A DNA stretch of 64,000 nt from Prorocentrum cordatum (Eukaryota), in NCBI GenBank assembly GCA_963575745.1, contig CAUYUJ010000001.1, forward strand, positions 62,001 through 126,000, given 5' to 3'. Shown here one piece after another: positions 23,501 through 35,928 of the stretch. The translations under genes and the position numbers were made by a program. The notes under the pieces are model-generated. The model was not told the origin of the DNA, did no database searches, and worked only from the letters and a program-made list of their open reading frames with translations. Numbering within the stretch: position 1 is the stretch's first letter; each line of letters opens with the position of its first letter.

Positions 23501-24726
23501 GCCTTGCTCGTCCGACCCGCGGGGTAGGGTCGACGACCGACTGCCGCCGATCGCCAAGCTGCTACCCTCCCGTGGTGCGTGACCGCTTGGCAGCCCTGAG
23601 GGTGTCGAGCGCATCCTGGAGCCGCTTCCTATCGTTGTCGTCTGCCGCACTGCCGGGGAGCCCTCCTGGATCGTCGCAGCCCAAACTTGTCGAAGGGGTC
23701 CCCTTCTGCCTGGGCCATAGGGGTGTCCTCTTGATCGGCCCCGCCAGCCACGCCTGCCCCTGCTCCTCCAGCTCCGCATGCGGCATGGCCGCCGCGCTGC
23801 TGTTCAGGCCCAGGGGGAGGGACTGCGGCTGCGGCCGAGGTGGCCATCTCGCCCAAGAGCGTGGCGAGGCCGTCCACGACTTCCGCCCCAGACTTGCCCT
23901 CGGTGTCGATAGTGGCGACCTTCTCTTTGAGCGTGCGGATGGTCTCTTCCACTGTGGTGGCCGAGTAGAGCTTGGCCGCCTGCTTCTTCGCCTCCTCGAG
24001 CTCCGCCTTGCGGTCAGCGAGGGCCTTCTCCGCGTCCGCGAGCGCCTCCAAAGCCTTGCGTGAGCTCTCCAGGAGACGTTCACGCTTAGCTGCTGCGTCG
24101 GCGACGGCGAGGGAGGCTTGGTCGACTGCCAAGGGAGCTGCCGCGCCTCTGTGCCCAAGACCCCAGCGGCTGCCTTTCGGCGTGCCAGCTCGACCTTTTC
24201 ACGACTGCTGCGGGAGAGGACGTCCTTGACGAGGTTGTACGACTCCAGAGCCATGGCGGCGTAGGCGGCGATCTTCTCGGGACCCAGGGCGACGGTGGTG
24301 CTGGCATTGGGCCCTCCACCGTTAGGTCCGAGCCCTTTGCCTCCACGCCCTGTGCCGCTGCCCTTGGGACCTCTGTGCCACGGAGCTCCTTCACTTCCGC
24401 CTCCGACAGCCCACTTGTGGCTTGATGTCGGCGTCGTTCGCAGCGGGCACGTTGCGGTCCGAATGCTTGCCCTTGCAGCCAGCCCTGATACAGAGTGAGA
24501 GGTGCTGCGGGGCATAGCCACCGCACCGCACGCACTGCCAGCACTTCGCCATGAGAGCACGACAGCCCAGGCAATCAGGCCGAGGAAGAAGATTGCGCAC
24601 CCTCGGGCAGACGAAGCAGGGGACGACCAGGGGCGGACCTGGCACCGCAAGAGGTTGGATTGCAAGCTCGGGGAACAGAGCTATCCCGTTTGCGCCTGGA
24701 GGTTTGCAGCCCCCCAAGCATTGGGT

Positions 24727-24748
24727 CTTGAGCCAAAATGGTTACGGA
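24727..24748 (-). other. DinoSL (21/22) at the 5' end of LINE-B
   Basis: Reverse complement reads TCCGTAACCATTTTGGCTCAAG and lies 3 nt from the TSD. Confidence 0.92.
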
Positions 24749-26425
24749 GACACCCACTGGGACCTTCGGTGGAGCTCCCTATGGGGCCACGAAACGTGCG
24801 AGGGGTGTGCCGAAATTGGTGTGCGGGACGCATGCGGGCACACCCGCTGGGACCTTCGGTGGAGCCCCCTACGGGGCCGCGAGACGTGCGAGGGGTGTGC
24901 CGAAATGGGTGTGCGGGACGCATGCGGGCACACCCACTGGGGCCTTCGGTGGAGCTCCCTATGGGACCACGAAGCGTGTGAAGGGGTCACGAAACGCGCG
25001 AGAGGTATGCCGGAATGGGCGTGCGGGACGCATGCGGGCACACCCACTGGGGCCTTCGGTGGAGCTCCCTATGGGGCCACGAAGCGCGCGAGGAGCATGC
25101 CGAAATGGGTGTGGGTGACGCATGCGGGCACACCCACTTCGACCTTCGGCGGAGCTCCTTGTGGGGCCACGAAACGCGTGAGGGGTGTGCCGACATGGGT
25201 GTGCGGGACGCATGCGGGCGGCAGCACTGGGGCCTTCGGTGGAGCTCCCTATGGGGCCACGAAGCGCGTGAGGGGCGTGCCGAAATGATTGCGCGGGACG
25301 CATGCGGGCACGCCCACCGGGACCTTCGGTGGAGCTCACTTTTGGGCCACGAAGCGTGTGAGGGGTGTGCCGAATTGGGTGTGCGTGATGCATGCTGGCC
25401 GCAGCGCTGGGGCCTTCGGCGGAGCTCCCTCTAGGGCCACCAGACGTGTGAGGGGTGTGCCGAATTGGGTGTGCGTGACGCATGCGGGCGGCAGCGCTGG
25501 GGCCTTCGGCGGAGAAACGTGTGAGGGGTGTGCCGAATTGGGTGTGCGTGACGCATGCGGGCGGCAGCGCTGGGGCCTTCGGCGGAGCTCCCTATGGGGC
25601 CACCAGACGTGTGAGGGGTGTGCCGAATTGGGTGTGCGGGACGCATGCGGGCGGCAGCACTGGGGCCTTCGGCGAAGCTCCCTATGGGGCCACGAAACGT
25701 GTGAGGGGTGTGCCGAATTGGGCGTGCGGGACGCATGCGGGCGGCAGCACTGGGGCCTTCGGCGGAGCTCCCTATGGGGCCACGAAACGTGTGAGGGGTG
25801 TGCCGAGTTGGGTGTGCGTGACGCACGCGGGCGGCAGCACTGGGGCCTTCGGCTGAGCTCCCTATGGGGCCACGAAGCGTGTGAGGGGTGTGCCGAATTG
25901 GGTGTGCGGACGCATGCGGGCGGCAACACTGGGGCCTTCGGCGGAGCTCCTATGTGGCCACGAAGCGTGTGAGGGGTGTGCCGAATTGGGTGAGCGGGAC
26001 GCGTGCGGGCGGCAGCACTGGGGCCTTGGGCCTATGGGGCCACGAAGCGTGTGAGGGGTGTGCCGAATTGGGTGCGCGGGACGCATGCGGGCGGCAGCAA
26101 TGGGGCCTTCGGCGGAGCTCCCTATGGGGCAACGAAGCGTGTGAGGGGTGTGCCGAATTGGGTGTGGGTGGCGCATGCGGGCGGCAGCACTGGGGCCTTC
26201 GGCGGAGCTCCTATGGGGTTTACGAAGCGTGTGAGGGGTGTGCCGAATTGGGTGTGCGTGACGCATGCGGGCGGCAGCCCTGGGGCCTTCGGCGGAGCTC
26301 CCTATGGGGCCACCAGGCGTGTGAGGGGTGTGCCGAATTGGGCGTGGGCGACGCATGCGGGCGGCAGCAATGGGGCCTTCGGCGGAGCTCCATTGGGGCC
26401 ACGAGACGCGTGAGGGGCGTGCCGA
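24749..26425. repeat. 90-bp tandem satellite, ~18 units (one further unit at ~18241-18330, on the far side of LINE-B)
   Basis: Period 90 (aggggtgtgc at 24801 and 24891; catgcgggca at 25031 and 25121). Unit contains ggggccttcggcggagctccctatggggccacgaagcgtgtgaggggtgtgccgaa. Confidence 0.95.
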
Positions 26426-26429
26426 AGTC

Positions 26430-29400
26430 GCGACCCAGGGCGGCATTGCAGCGCCCGTTGCGCAGGCAGCCTCGGTGGAGCATCTCGCGGGCCTCTACGG
26501 CGAGTTCGAGCTGCCTGCCGCCTACACGGAGAGGAGCAGCGCCTGCGAAGCATCCCTGGTAGAGATGCTCGCTCAGGCACCTGGCTGCGCTGGCGGCGGT
26601 CGGGCGCGGTCCTACAGCCAGCCGCTCGCGGCCTGGCCCCAGTCGACGAGAGCCGTCTCCACCTGCGACGTCGTCTCGGAGGCCGATTCCATCGCGTTGC
26701 AGGGTTGGAGGCAGAGTATGCCGAATCCCGAGTCGGTGGCAGCGGAGCTGCGGGACGCGCTGGGCATCGACCGCCCGCGCGTGGACCCCGAGCTGCGCTT
26801 CCAGCCAAACTCCCGCGCTCAGTTTTCGAAGCAGCTGGAGGCCCGAGACATAATCACGTGGCGGGCCGCCAGCCCTCAGTTTTCTCACTCGATCAGTTTA
26901 TTCTTCGTGGGGACCCAATCGCATGCTCAGGCTCGCGTTCGACATTCGGCTGGCCAGCAGCAGTTTCGCGGCGCCCCCGGCCACCAAGCTCCCCGCGCCC
27001 AGCGCGTGGGCTAGCGTCGGCTGCGGCGACAGTTTCGTGTTTGCTCAGTGAGACATCCAGCGCGCCTTCTATCACTCACGCTTGCCTGCAGGGACAGGGA
27101 TGGAGTCGCCGTTCTCGCTGCCTGCGATCTCCAACAGACACAACGGTTTCAAATCGATCAACGGGCTTCCCATCGGTATTAACGATTTCGCACAACGTTC
27201 GGTCACAGTTGATCCTATAAGGTGGAGTTGGGCGTTGCACTTCTGTCAGAGCGCCCTCGTCAGAGCTTTATCCGAAGTTGGTTTCGAGAGCAGCGCAACG
27301 AATGTTGATGGGGGCAGCCAGCGTCCGCTGGTCGATCACAATGATGCCACATCTGCCGGATAGGTTGACAACGTCTGCGTCGTCTGAAAGAATCCAGAGG
27401 TTTCCACTTCTCTGGCTCGTGCCGTTGCCGACCTTCTCACCTCCAGGGGTCTACATGTCTTGGGGTTCTCGGAGGCCGTGAGCAAGGGGGTCTTCACGGG
27501 GCTGCAGATCGACGGGCTGTCTGGGATCATCCGTTTTCGTCCCGATTGTCTCGCCCGAACTCGCCATGCCGTTCTGGGTCTCTTGCGACGTGGGCGGGCC
27601 TCCGCGGGGGCCCTCAGCGCGCTGGTAGGCCATTGTACTTGGGGGGTGATCTTGAGACGGAACGTCCTGGCCATCTCCAATTCGGTCTATCGGTTCATCA
27701 ACGTGGTCGGGGCTCAGCCGGCGCCTCTTTGGGCGTCTGTGGTCAGGGACTTGCGGGCCCCGGTGGCCCTGCTCCCGCCTGGAGTGCCTCTACCAGGTCC
27801 AGGTGGTCTTCACGGATCTGTGCCTCTGATGCGTCGCCGTGCGGAAAGGGGGTGCGAATCGAGAGGACATCCCCCCTGACTTGGTGTCAGAGGTCGGCCG
27901 CGTCGCCGAGAAGTCGAGGCGCCGCCAGGGCTCCAGCGCGCTTGCGAGGTCCCATGCCTTCGAGACCGTCGGCTCACATCGCGACGTCGCCGATCGTTGC
28001 CCGCATGCTGGCGCTTGCCGAGTCCACCCAAGCAGCCCTGCTCAGGCCTGTCAGAGCTTCTTGGAGGTTCCGGAGGCTGTCCTTTGTTCGACGGCTGGGA
28101 GATCATCCATTCGAGCAGGCGCTCTCGTTCAGCTTGCGACATCTTGCATTATGAAGCCGAGGCCCTGGGGTTCAGTGTCCACCACGCCTCCAGGACTCTA
28201 GGGGCCCACCATCGTCGCGTCGTTTGCCTCGTCGACAACTAGGCTCTAGCCCTCTCCGTCGGCAAGGGGCGTTCGGGCAGCCCGCGCCTCGCGCGCGCTC
28301 TGAGGCGCCTCTCTGGCATCGCTCTCGCATGCGGCTTGCGCGCGCTGGTGCGCCGGGCGCCCTCTGAACGGAAAGTCGCCGACAAGCCGTCGAGAGAAGG
28401 CTTCTTCGTCGGCCCGAGCTTCGAGCACTACATCCCGGAGCAGGTGTCGCGGCGACCGCGGCAGCCCAAGGGGCGCGGCCAAGGCCGCGAGGGCTCGGAC
28501 GGCCCACCCGGGGCCCTCCACCCTCTCGCGCGGGGGCAACGAACTACCGCGCCTGCGCCCAGAAGCCCCTGAGCTGGCGCTTCTGGACCGCGAGGGGCTT
28601 CGAGAGCAGCGCCGAGCTCGACGCCGTCCTGGTCGCGCACTTCGCCCACCTGTTCCTGGGCGGCTACGACGGCGCGACGGGCCGCGCCACGCTGGCCGCG
28701 CTGAAGCACCACAACACCGCCTTGCTGATCGGGAACAGGCCGCTGCCGCGGGCTTTTCGGGCGCTTCAGGGGCGGGCGAAGCTCGCCCCGCTTAAGATGC
28801 GCCTGCCGCTCCCGCGCGTGGCCATGTTCGCGATAGCGGGCGCCCTCCTGCCCCAGGGCCGCCTCGCGGAGGCCACCTTCGCAAGGATCGCGTTCGCCGC
28901 GTGCCTCCGCCCGAGCGAGGCCTACCGCCTCGCCGCCGCCTCGCTGATCGCTCCACGGATCGGGTCGAAGGGGGGCCACCAGCGCTGGGCTCCCTGGTGA
29001 ACGACGCCGCGAGCGGGAGGCCTGGCAAGACGGGGGTCACGGACGAGAGCGCGATCGTCGACGACCCCTTGCTGTGGCCGCTGCTCGACCCCCTTCGTCA
29101 GGGGCGACGACCCAAGGAAAGCATGTGGAGCTTCTCGCCCGAACAGGTCCGCCAGGCCTTCAAGCCTGCCCCGGCGACGCCGATTTCCACGGCGAGCAGG
29201 CGTCGCTGTATTCCCTGCGCCACGGAGGAGCGTCAGACGACCTCCTGTCGGGGCGTCGGACTCACAATGAGGTCAAGGACCGCGGCCGCTGGAGGACGGA
29301 CCAGTCGTTGAACCGATGCGCCAAGCGAGCTCCGACGCAGCGCGTCGGTGGAGTTCGGGGACAGGGTCGAGGCGAACTTCTTGCAGCTGATGGAGGAGAA

Positions 29401-30612
29401 GGCGCGGGCGGGCATCTTCTCGCTGCAGCTGCCGCCGCTTCCCCCTGCGCCCGCGCTGCCAGCCGCCAGGTCGGCGCCCGCGCTGACCGACCAGTGGGGC
29501 TTCGTTTGAGACGGCTCTGGCGGCGGGCCCACTCATACGCGTCTGCCATGCCTTACCATGTGACTTTGTGCATCTGCACGCCGAGTCGCATTCGTCGAGC
29601 TTGCGAATATCGTGGGTTTGGAACTTTTGCTAGCAACCTTGCTCGCCATCGCTTGGGGGACGCTGGCGACTCGACGCTACTGGACGCGTTGCTGGGCTGG
29701 GTGCGCTCGTCGGCGGCCCCCGGCCTATGGGCTTCCGCGCCGGCTGCGACCTGGGGGTGAGGAACGGCCCGCTTGCGCCGACTGGATGGCCCTCTGGAGG
29801 GGGCGAGAATCTCTGAGCCTGCTAGGCGTGCCACCCGAGTTGCTAACGCGCTCACCGCCGCCACCTTTTGGTTGATCTCGAAATGCATGTGTCGCAGGCC
29901 GTGATTTCTGCGCGCTCGGAAGCTTACCTGATCTGGAGACATTCCCTCCTTTCCCTTCTCCTTTCCCCCATCCTCCTCCTGCCCTCTCGACCCCTGCATG
30001 TTCTCAGGCCGCGTTGGACAGAGAATGTTCTGGGTCGGTTGGGGCGTTCGTGACCTCGACGGCCTCTCGCGTCGTTGCCTCTGCCCCCCAGACCTGCGTG
30101 ACCGCGCTGGCCGTCGTCACTTAGGAGGGAGGCCTCGGTCGTCCTGCGCTGGATGCCGCTGCTCGAGCGACCCGCGGTCTACCCCTTGAAGTAGCCACCG
30201 CAGGCGCGGACATGATAATGTCTGCCGCGCGGCAGTCACGCGCCGCCCGAGATAACAAGGTTTTTGGTCAATGAAGTTGCTCGGTTGTAGCCATGCGCGG
30301 AGACTAGCGTGCGGTGCCAAGTCTATGCTTCTCTTGCTGGCTGTGCACGCTCGAGTGCGCCCTCCGCCGCTATGCGCAAATATCGAAAAATATGGCCTCG
30401 AGAGATCCCACATGCCGCGACTTGCCGGCATTTGTGGTGCATGCGCGGCCGTATCTTTGTGTTCAAATTCTTCCCTGCCCCCCCCGCCCAATTTGAACAA
30501 TAAATTTAATCGTTGCCGAGTCGTTGCTTCTCTTGTTGGCTGTGCATTATCGAGGCTGTCCTTCGCCGCTCTGCACAAAGATAGACAAATCTGACCCCGA
30601 GAGATCCTACGC
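26430..30612 (+). mobile_element. YR-B: 5'-truncated, decayed tyrosine-recombinase (DIRS/PAT/Ngaro-type) retrotransposon related to YR-A
   Basis: Colinear fragments with YR-A: GEFELPA, VDPELRF, WSWALHFCQSAL, VGHCTWG, RNase H (YEAEAL, GKGRS), YR (CLRPSEAYRL, RPGKTG, YSLRHGGASDD, DRGRWRT). Diverged B1/B2 repeats at ~30326-30412 and ~30525-30612. Confidence 0.85.
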
Positions 30613-31402
30613 CATCATCATCACCATCACCGTCATCATTACCAGCACCATCACCATTAGCATCATCACCATCATCGCCAGCTTCACCGTCACCATCATC
30701 AACATCATGACCATCATGATCATCACACCCATCTGCATCATCACACGCACCATACGCATCATCATTACCATCATCAGTACCGTCACCGTCACCACCATCA
30801 CCACCACCACCACCACAGTTGTCAATACCAACCCCGTCACCATCTTCGTCACCATCATCAACACCACTAATATCGTCACAATTGCCATCGTCATCAGCAT
30901 CATCAACATCACCATCATCATCGCCACAACATCCCCATCATCACCATCATAAGGGCCACCATATGCATCATCATCATCACCATCACCATCATCATCAGCA
31001 TCGTCACCATCGCCACCATCATCATTTGCATCACCCTCAGCATCACCGTCAGCATTATCAGCATCGCCATCATCAGCATCACCATCGTCATCACCACCTT
31101 CATCGCCATCACTATTACCATCGACATCATCATCTTTACAGTTTCAGCATCATTAGCATCACCATCACCACCATCACCGCCATCACCAGCACTATCATCA
31201 TTACAATCACCTCACGATCCTCATCTCCATCACCCTCGACATCGTCATAATCATCCTTGTCATCATCGTCCGCATCACCACCATCATCATCACCGCCACC
31301 ATCGATCATCATCGTCATCATCACCATCATCATCATCATCATCACCATCATCATCATCAGCATCACCACAACCATCACCAACACCATCACCACCACCATC
31401 AC
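30613..31402. repeat. (CAT/CAC)n microsatellite
   Basis: Directly visible; abuts the right end of YR-B. Confidence 0.95.
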
Positions 31403-33824
31403 CGGCGGCGACGAGCGCGTTTGTTTCCAAAGCCATAGCTCCATGACTTCAAAGCACAGGTCCTGTACCCCGCGGAACGCTACACTCCAACACGAGTACG
31501 ATTTGCGCGCGCTTGAGGCGCGCTCCCTAGGAGGCAACAGAGGCGAAACCAGGGGCGGTTCCAATGTTAGCCAACTCTGATATCGGTTTCTGGACGGGAC
31601 TTCCATTACATAATATAGAAAACCGGCCTTTCCCAGCGCCGCAAATCGTGGTACCAGTGTGTCCACGGTCCCCTCTTCGACCTGTTAATGCAGGTCTCCA
31701 ATGGGCGCCAGATGGGCCATGCTGGCCTAAGATAGCCTTCGACGTGGCTCCAAGAGGTTCGATAAGAACCCAAGATGGCTTGGTGCCGCAGAAAGGAAAT
31801 TTCATTGAACAGCGTGAAAATATTTGGGCCGTTTCCGACAGGCTAGATTGCCCAACAGGGTTCTCAAAGGGCCCCAGAAAAGCTCCAAGATGTCGCCAAG
31901 AGCCCCCCAGAGCACCACGAGAGGGCCTCGAGAACGCCCCAATGGGCCCTGAGCGGCCCCTCGAATCCGCAGCACGGCCCAACAAGGATTCCCACGTTTG
32001 CCCCCAAACGGCCCCGACAGGCCCCAGGAGCACCCCAAGGGAGCTTCAGACCTGTCTCGAGCGCCCCCGCACAGCCCTCGGTCCGGGGCTCCGCCCAGTG
32101 AGGAGCTGCCTCTGGGGCCGCTCTCCGCGGCTGGCCGGGATGCGACCACACCGCCAGGCTGCCAGGCAGCCCCAGCCATGCAGGCGGCGAGGTGCTGTTG
32201 CGTGGGGCTGCGGCGAGGGGTTAACAGCAGCTCCCCCCGGCGGGAGGTCTTTGGACTGCGGGTCTCACAGCCAGTTGATCTCTTCTGAGTCCCCTCGGCC
32301 CACAGGACTGTTTTCTGGGGTGGCGGAAGGGCCGAGTTGGTGTGTTCACCCCGCTGAGGCTCGTAATTTTCTGGGGAGTGCATACTTCGCCGTTCCAGAA
32401 TGCTTTTCTCAGATCTTGCGGACGCCATTCCGCCGCGCGTTCGAGGGCAAGCGTCCGCGCAAATTCGCAGGCCACATTTTCCTCTATCACCTGACGACCG
32501 CACCTCATTGTCCCCGAGTGGCTCAGACAGACACCTCCCCAGCGGTTGTTTCCAGAGTCCAGAGGGCCCCAGAGTCGTTCATCAACCTCTCTCAGCTTGT
32601 CTGGTTCCCTTTGCAGCGAGTGCGATCAGTCAGGCTGGCCACGAAGGGCACGACCTCGTGGATCTCTCTCCTGTTGGATCTCGTGCCATCAAGTTGGGCT
32701 GGACCTCCGCCACCCCCTCTTTCCGGATGTCTGTCCTGATGATCCCCCCTCTGGTGTTACGTTCTTGATGCCGTCCTGATCCGAGCATGTTCTTTGGGTG
32801 GAGGGCAAAGGGTGAATCACACGAAGGATTGATTTTCGAGGTGCAATAGCCCGCATGGATTTCACCTTGAGCCCTCCACCCCAAGAAAGTGCTCATCTGA
32901 TGCACCTCTATGGCCAGTTGCCCTGTCTGTCTGGGCCGTGCGCTCGCCCACTGCAGGGCAATGGTAGGAGAGGGGATAGGTCAACCCAGGCATCCGGCTG
33001 CTCCCACTTTTCCCATGCGTGGGCCCCGAGGTCTGGACCTCTTCTCGAGAGACGGCTCCCCGTCTGCAGCCGTCTTCCTGACGGCCCCAAAGGCCCGGCG
33101 AGGGCCCCGGGGAGACCGAAATGACGACCACAAGCCGCCCGCTCCAATATCTCTTGAAGCGTCTCGAAGAAGAAGAAGAAGAAACGCCATAAACATAAAC
33201 TGTTTCGCAGGCCTAGAGACTGACACCAACACAAATATCGGCGGTGTTCCTCCACCGAGGGAAGAAAGATCCCGATCTCGGTGATGGTGGTAATATTCTG
33301 GCTTCCAAGGTGGCCGAAATATTACCACCAGCATCGAAATCCAGGATCATCTCCCCCTGTGGAGGCAGCCCCCTGTCTTGGTGTTGGTGCTCATTTCCAG
33401 GCCTTCAACTGTTGGCGCTCCGCGCGGATTTCTTGGATCCTCGCTGGGCCCCCCCTGGCGGCGCCTCCGGTGCCGCCCATGGCGCGCTCCGCGCGCCAGG
33501 GAGGGGGGCCCAGCGCAGATCCAGGAGATCCGCACGGAGCGCCAGAGGTTTGTGTTTGATGGCGTGTGTTCTTCTTTTGGGGTCGGATCTTTGGGGAGGG
33601 GGGGGCGCACCGACCCTCGCCCACTCCTCTCCGATGGGGGCCCGGTCGACCAGGGCGGTGCGGTCTCGCTGTCGCGGGGGCCTGCTGCCGGTCTGCCGGC
33701 AGCGTATCGCCGATTCCGGGTCGATGGTTCCTTCCCTGAGCCTGTCCAACCTGACGCACCGCCTCGTCTCTTCTCGGGGACGGCCAAGAGGGGGTTTTGG
33801 CTAGGGGGGGATCTCGAGGCCGGG

Positions 33825-33955
33825 GCCATGATAGTTCCCCAGATTTCATGGCGCCTCTTCGTATTTCGATGCGTCCCCTGCGTCCCCTGCCTCCCCGGGC
33901 CGCGCACATGCCGCCAGCCATGATGTGCGCCCCCTTCTCTTGGACCCCCCCTTCT
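33825..33955 (+). repeat. ~130-bp interspersed repeat (second copy ~38348-38470)
   Basis: ggccatgata..tccccagat.tcatggcgcctcttc...gccgccagccatg is shared by both loci. Confidence 0.65.
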
Positions 33956-34016
33956 GCGACGCCCCCGGTCTTCTGGCCCTCCTGTCTCGGTGCCGTTTGG
34001 GACGAGCTGGGCATCC

Positions 34017-34180
34017 TTAAGTCGGGCCTGTCCCTCTGCAGGAGGAACATTCAAAAATAGTCCAAAAATAGTCTGGGCACGATTTTTGGAGTAGTTATTT
34101 GTTTACCATTTGGGGACATGTTCGGGGTATTTTTTTATTGTTCGTCCAACATCCGCCTGTAGGGGACAGGCCCGACCTAA
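34017..34180. mobile_element. MITE family H, copy 2
   Basis: TTAAGTCGGGCCTGTCCC...GGGACAGGCCCGACCTAA; perfect 8-bp TSD GGGCATCC (34009-34016, 34181-34188). Confidence 0.88.
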
Positions 34181-34358
34181 GGGCATCCCCGAAACGCTAT
34201 CGGCGAGGCGCAGCCGCTGGAACGCACCCCGAGGGCGGAAAGCCGCCAGGAAGCTACGAAAACGCCTGACAAACTTCGGACCTCGAAACCGAGGAAGCTT
34301 CCCACCCTCGCTCGCCGCCGATCGTCTCCTCGGCTCTCACGTCTCGGTGCCGCCCATG

Positions 34359-34525
34359 CAGTGGAGGCCCATGCCAAGGAACACCCTGCTTGCCCCCAGG
34401 GTGCCCTGGGTTTCGATGGCTTCGCTATGGAAAGCGTGGCGTTCCCGCGCCAGAAATCAATGGCCGTCCTGGGGACTCAGGGTTGGGTTTCTTGTGGAAG
34501 GTTTCTTGTGAGCGTGCCCCTACTG
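34359..34525. mobile_element. MITE family T (Tc1/mariner-like, CAGTG ends), copy 1
   Basis: Homologous to 39108-39284 and 39488-39686; ends 22 nt upstream of ACAD exon C. Confidence 0.75.
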
Positions 34526-34547
34526 TATCCCTGCCCTCCCCCCCCAG

Positions 34548-34595
34548 GCGGGCGTGCCCGACAGCCGCCTGGGCTCCCAGTGCGCCCTGCTGAAG
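34548..34595 (+). CDS. Acyl-CoA dehydrogenase, exon C (48 nt)
   Basis: Pyrimidine tract CAG|GCG...CTG AAG|GC = AGVPDSRLGSQCALLK; supplies the conserved 'ALLK' preceding exon D. Confidence 0.85.
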
Positions 34596-34910
34596 GCCTG
34601 CCTCCCCCGGCTCCCGGGGGGGGTCAGCAGAGGGCACCGGGGTCGTTATCGGCGGCGAGGTTCGAGGCTGAGTAGGGTCGAGGGTCAGAGAGCGCCTTCC
34701 TCTGCAGGACCACCAACTAACACCGTCAAGGTGGGCAAGCGCCTCGCCGGTTGAGCCGACGAAGATGTGCAACATCCAACCATTCGTTAACGTCCAAAGT
34801 TTTGGCTTGACGCCGTGTGTGGTGCATCAGTTTCAGCTTGACTGAACAGGTTGGTTGCACCCCTTGACGTCTGTTTGGGGTCTTCTGCAGACCTGACCCC
34901 CCGGCCTCAC

Positions 34911-34980
34911 GGAGGAGGAGGAGGAGGAGGAGGAGGAGGACTTCCTCCTCCTCCTCCTCCTCCTCCTCCTCCTCCTCCTC
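34911..34980. repeat. Inverted microsatellite: (GGA)10 directly followed by a (CCT)n tract
   Basis: Directly visible near-perfect palindrome. Confidence 0.9.
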
Positions 34981-35784
34981 GAGGTTTCAGGTGTTCGAGG
35001 TTTTCCCGCGGCTTTGTCGAGTCTGAGGACGCGCCATGGGTGGCTGATAAAAAACGGGGAGGCAGCGACTGGTGCAGAACGGAGTTTCAGGTGTTTGAGG
35101 TTTTCCGGCGGCTTAGTCGATTCTCGGCGTCGGAGGACGCGCCATGGGGGGCCGATAAAAAATGGGGGGCAGCGAGGGACGCAGGAAAGAGGAACTTTAG
35201 GGCCCCGTCAAGGGGCCCTGTAGGGACCAGAAGGGCACCGTTCTGCCCCCCCCATGTATCGGCCTCGCTTTCCAGCCTCGAGCTGCGTTCCAGCAGCTGC
35301 GCCTCGCCGAGAGCTTTCGGGGGGTGACCAGAACGTCCCGACCGGCGGCCGGAAAGCCGAGCCATGACCCGAAAGCCACCAGGGTGCCAGCACCTTCGCC
35401 GATCAACCAGCCAGGCAACTCGATCGGCGGCGGGGGCAGAGCCCAGAATCCGTGGAACTCGTGGCGAAACCCGGACCCTACCCCGCCTCCCGTCGATTCA
35501 AGAGAATCGATGGTCGGTGGGGGCAGGGCCTGGATGTCGCCGCCCGGGTTGGGCACGGCCTCGAGCAGAGGGGCCGATGCTGAGTTCTGAGCCTGCCGGG
35601 AGGGCACGGGTCGCGGCCCGCCTCCTTCCTGGAGTCGGCGGCGAGCCTGGGGGGGAAACAGGAAGGAGAAGGCCTCCTCAAAAGGCTCGGAAGTCCCCCG
35701 GCCTTCTGAGAAGTGTTCTAGCACAAGAAACCTCTCAGATGGCGCGAAGGTTTCCGAGAAGGCCCGCCGCCTTCTGATAATCAC

Positions 35785-35928
35785 CGAGCGCGTTCCACTA
35801 CTCGCAAAGTGCTTACTCGCAAACGTCCGAGAAACACATGTCTGCTTCGATGGAATGTATCGTAGATCCCCCGCGGCGGCTCAAGGCCATTTGCGAGTAG
35901 TCACTTTGCGAGTAGTGGAACGCGCTCG
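35785..35928. mobile_element. MITE family Q with ~27-bp perfect TIRs (second, degraded copy ~40350-40492)
   Basis: CGAGCGCGTTCCACTACTCGCAAAGTG ... CACTTTGCGAGTAGTGGAACGCGCTCG. Confidence 0.8.

Larger units (their letters stand above)
18329..24748 (-). mobile_element. LINE-B: full-length but frameshifted non-LTR retrotransposon (ORF1, APE, RT, RNase H, Cys/His C-terminus)
   Basis: SL at 24748-24727; poly-A tail (T10 at 18329-18338); TSD ACCCACTGGGACCTT at 18316-18330 and 24752-24766. Motifs on the - strand: WQCVRC (ORF1), VNCNAW..VQETH, DFNM, VIDYFV, SPH (APE), IPKADGGLRPIALL, LDLWKAFE, VVDD (RT), ADG, VKVKAH, GN (RNase H). Confidence 0.88.

Noticed and set aside
24749..26425. CRISPR-like array or repeat protein
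   Set aside because: The whole 90-bp unit repeats with no unique spacers and no cas genes; ORFs exist in all frames and shift. It is a satellite.
30524..31666. His-, Ile/Thr- or Met-rich proteins
   Set aside because: Translations of the (CAT/CAC)n microsatellite.
32300..32950. Possible coding relic
   Set aside because: Unique-looking sequence, but I found no recognisable motif or sustained frame.
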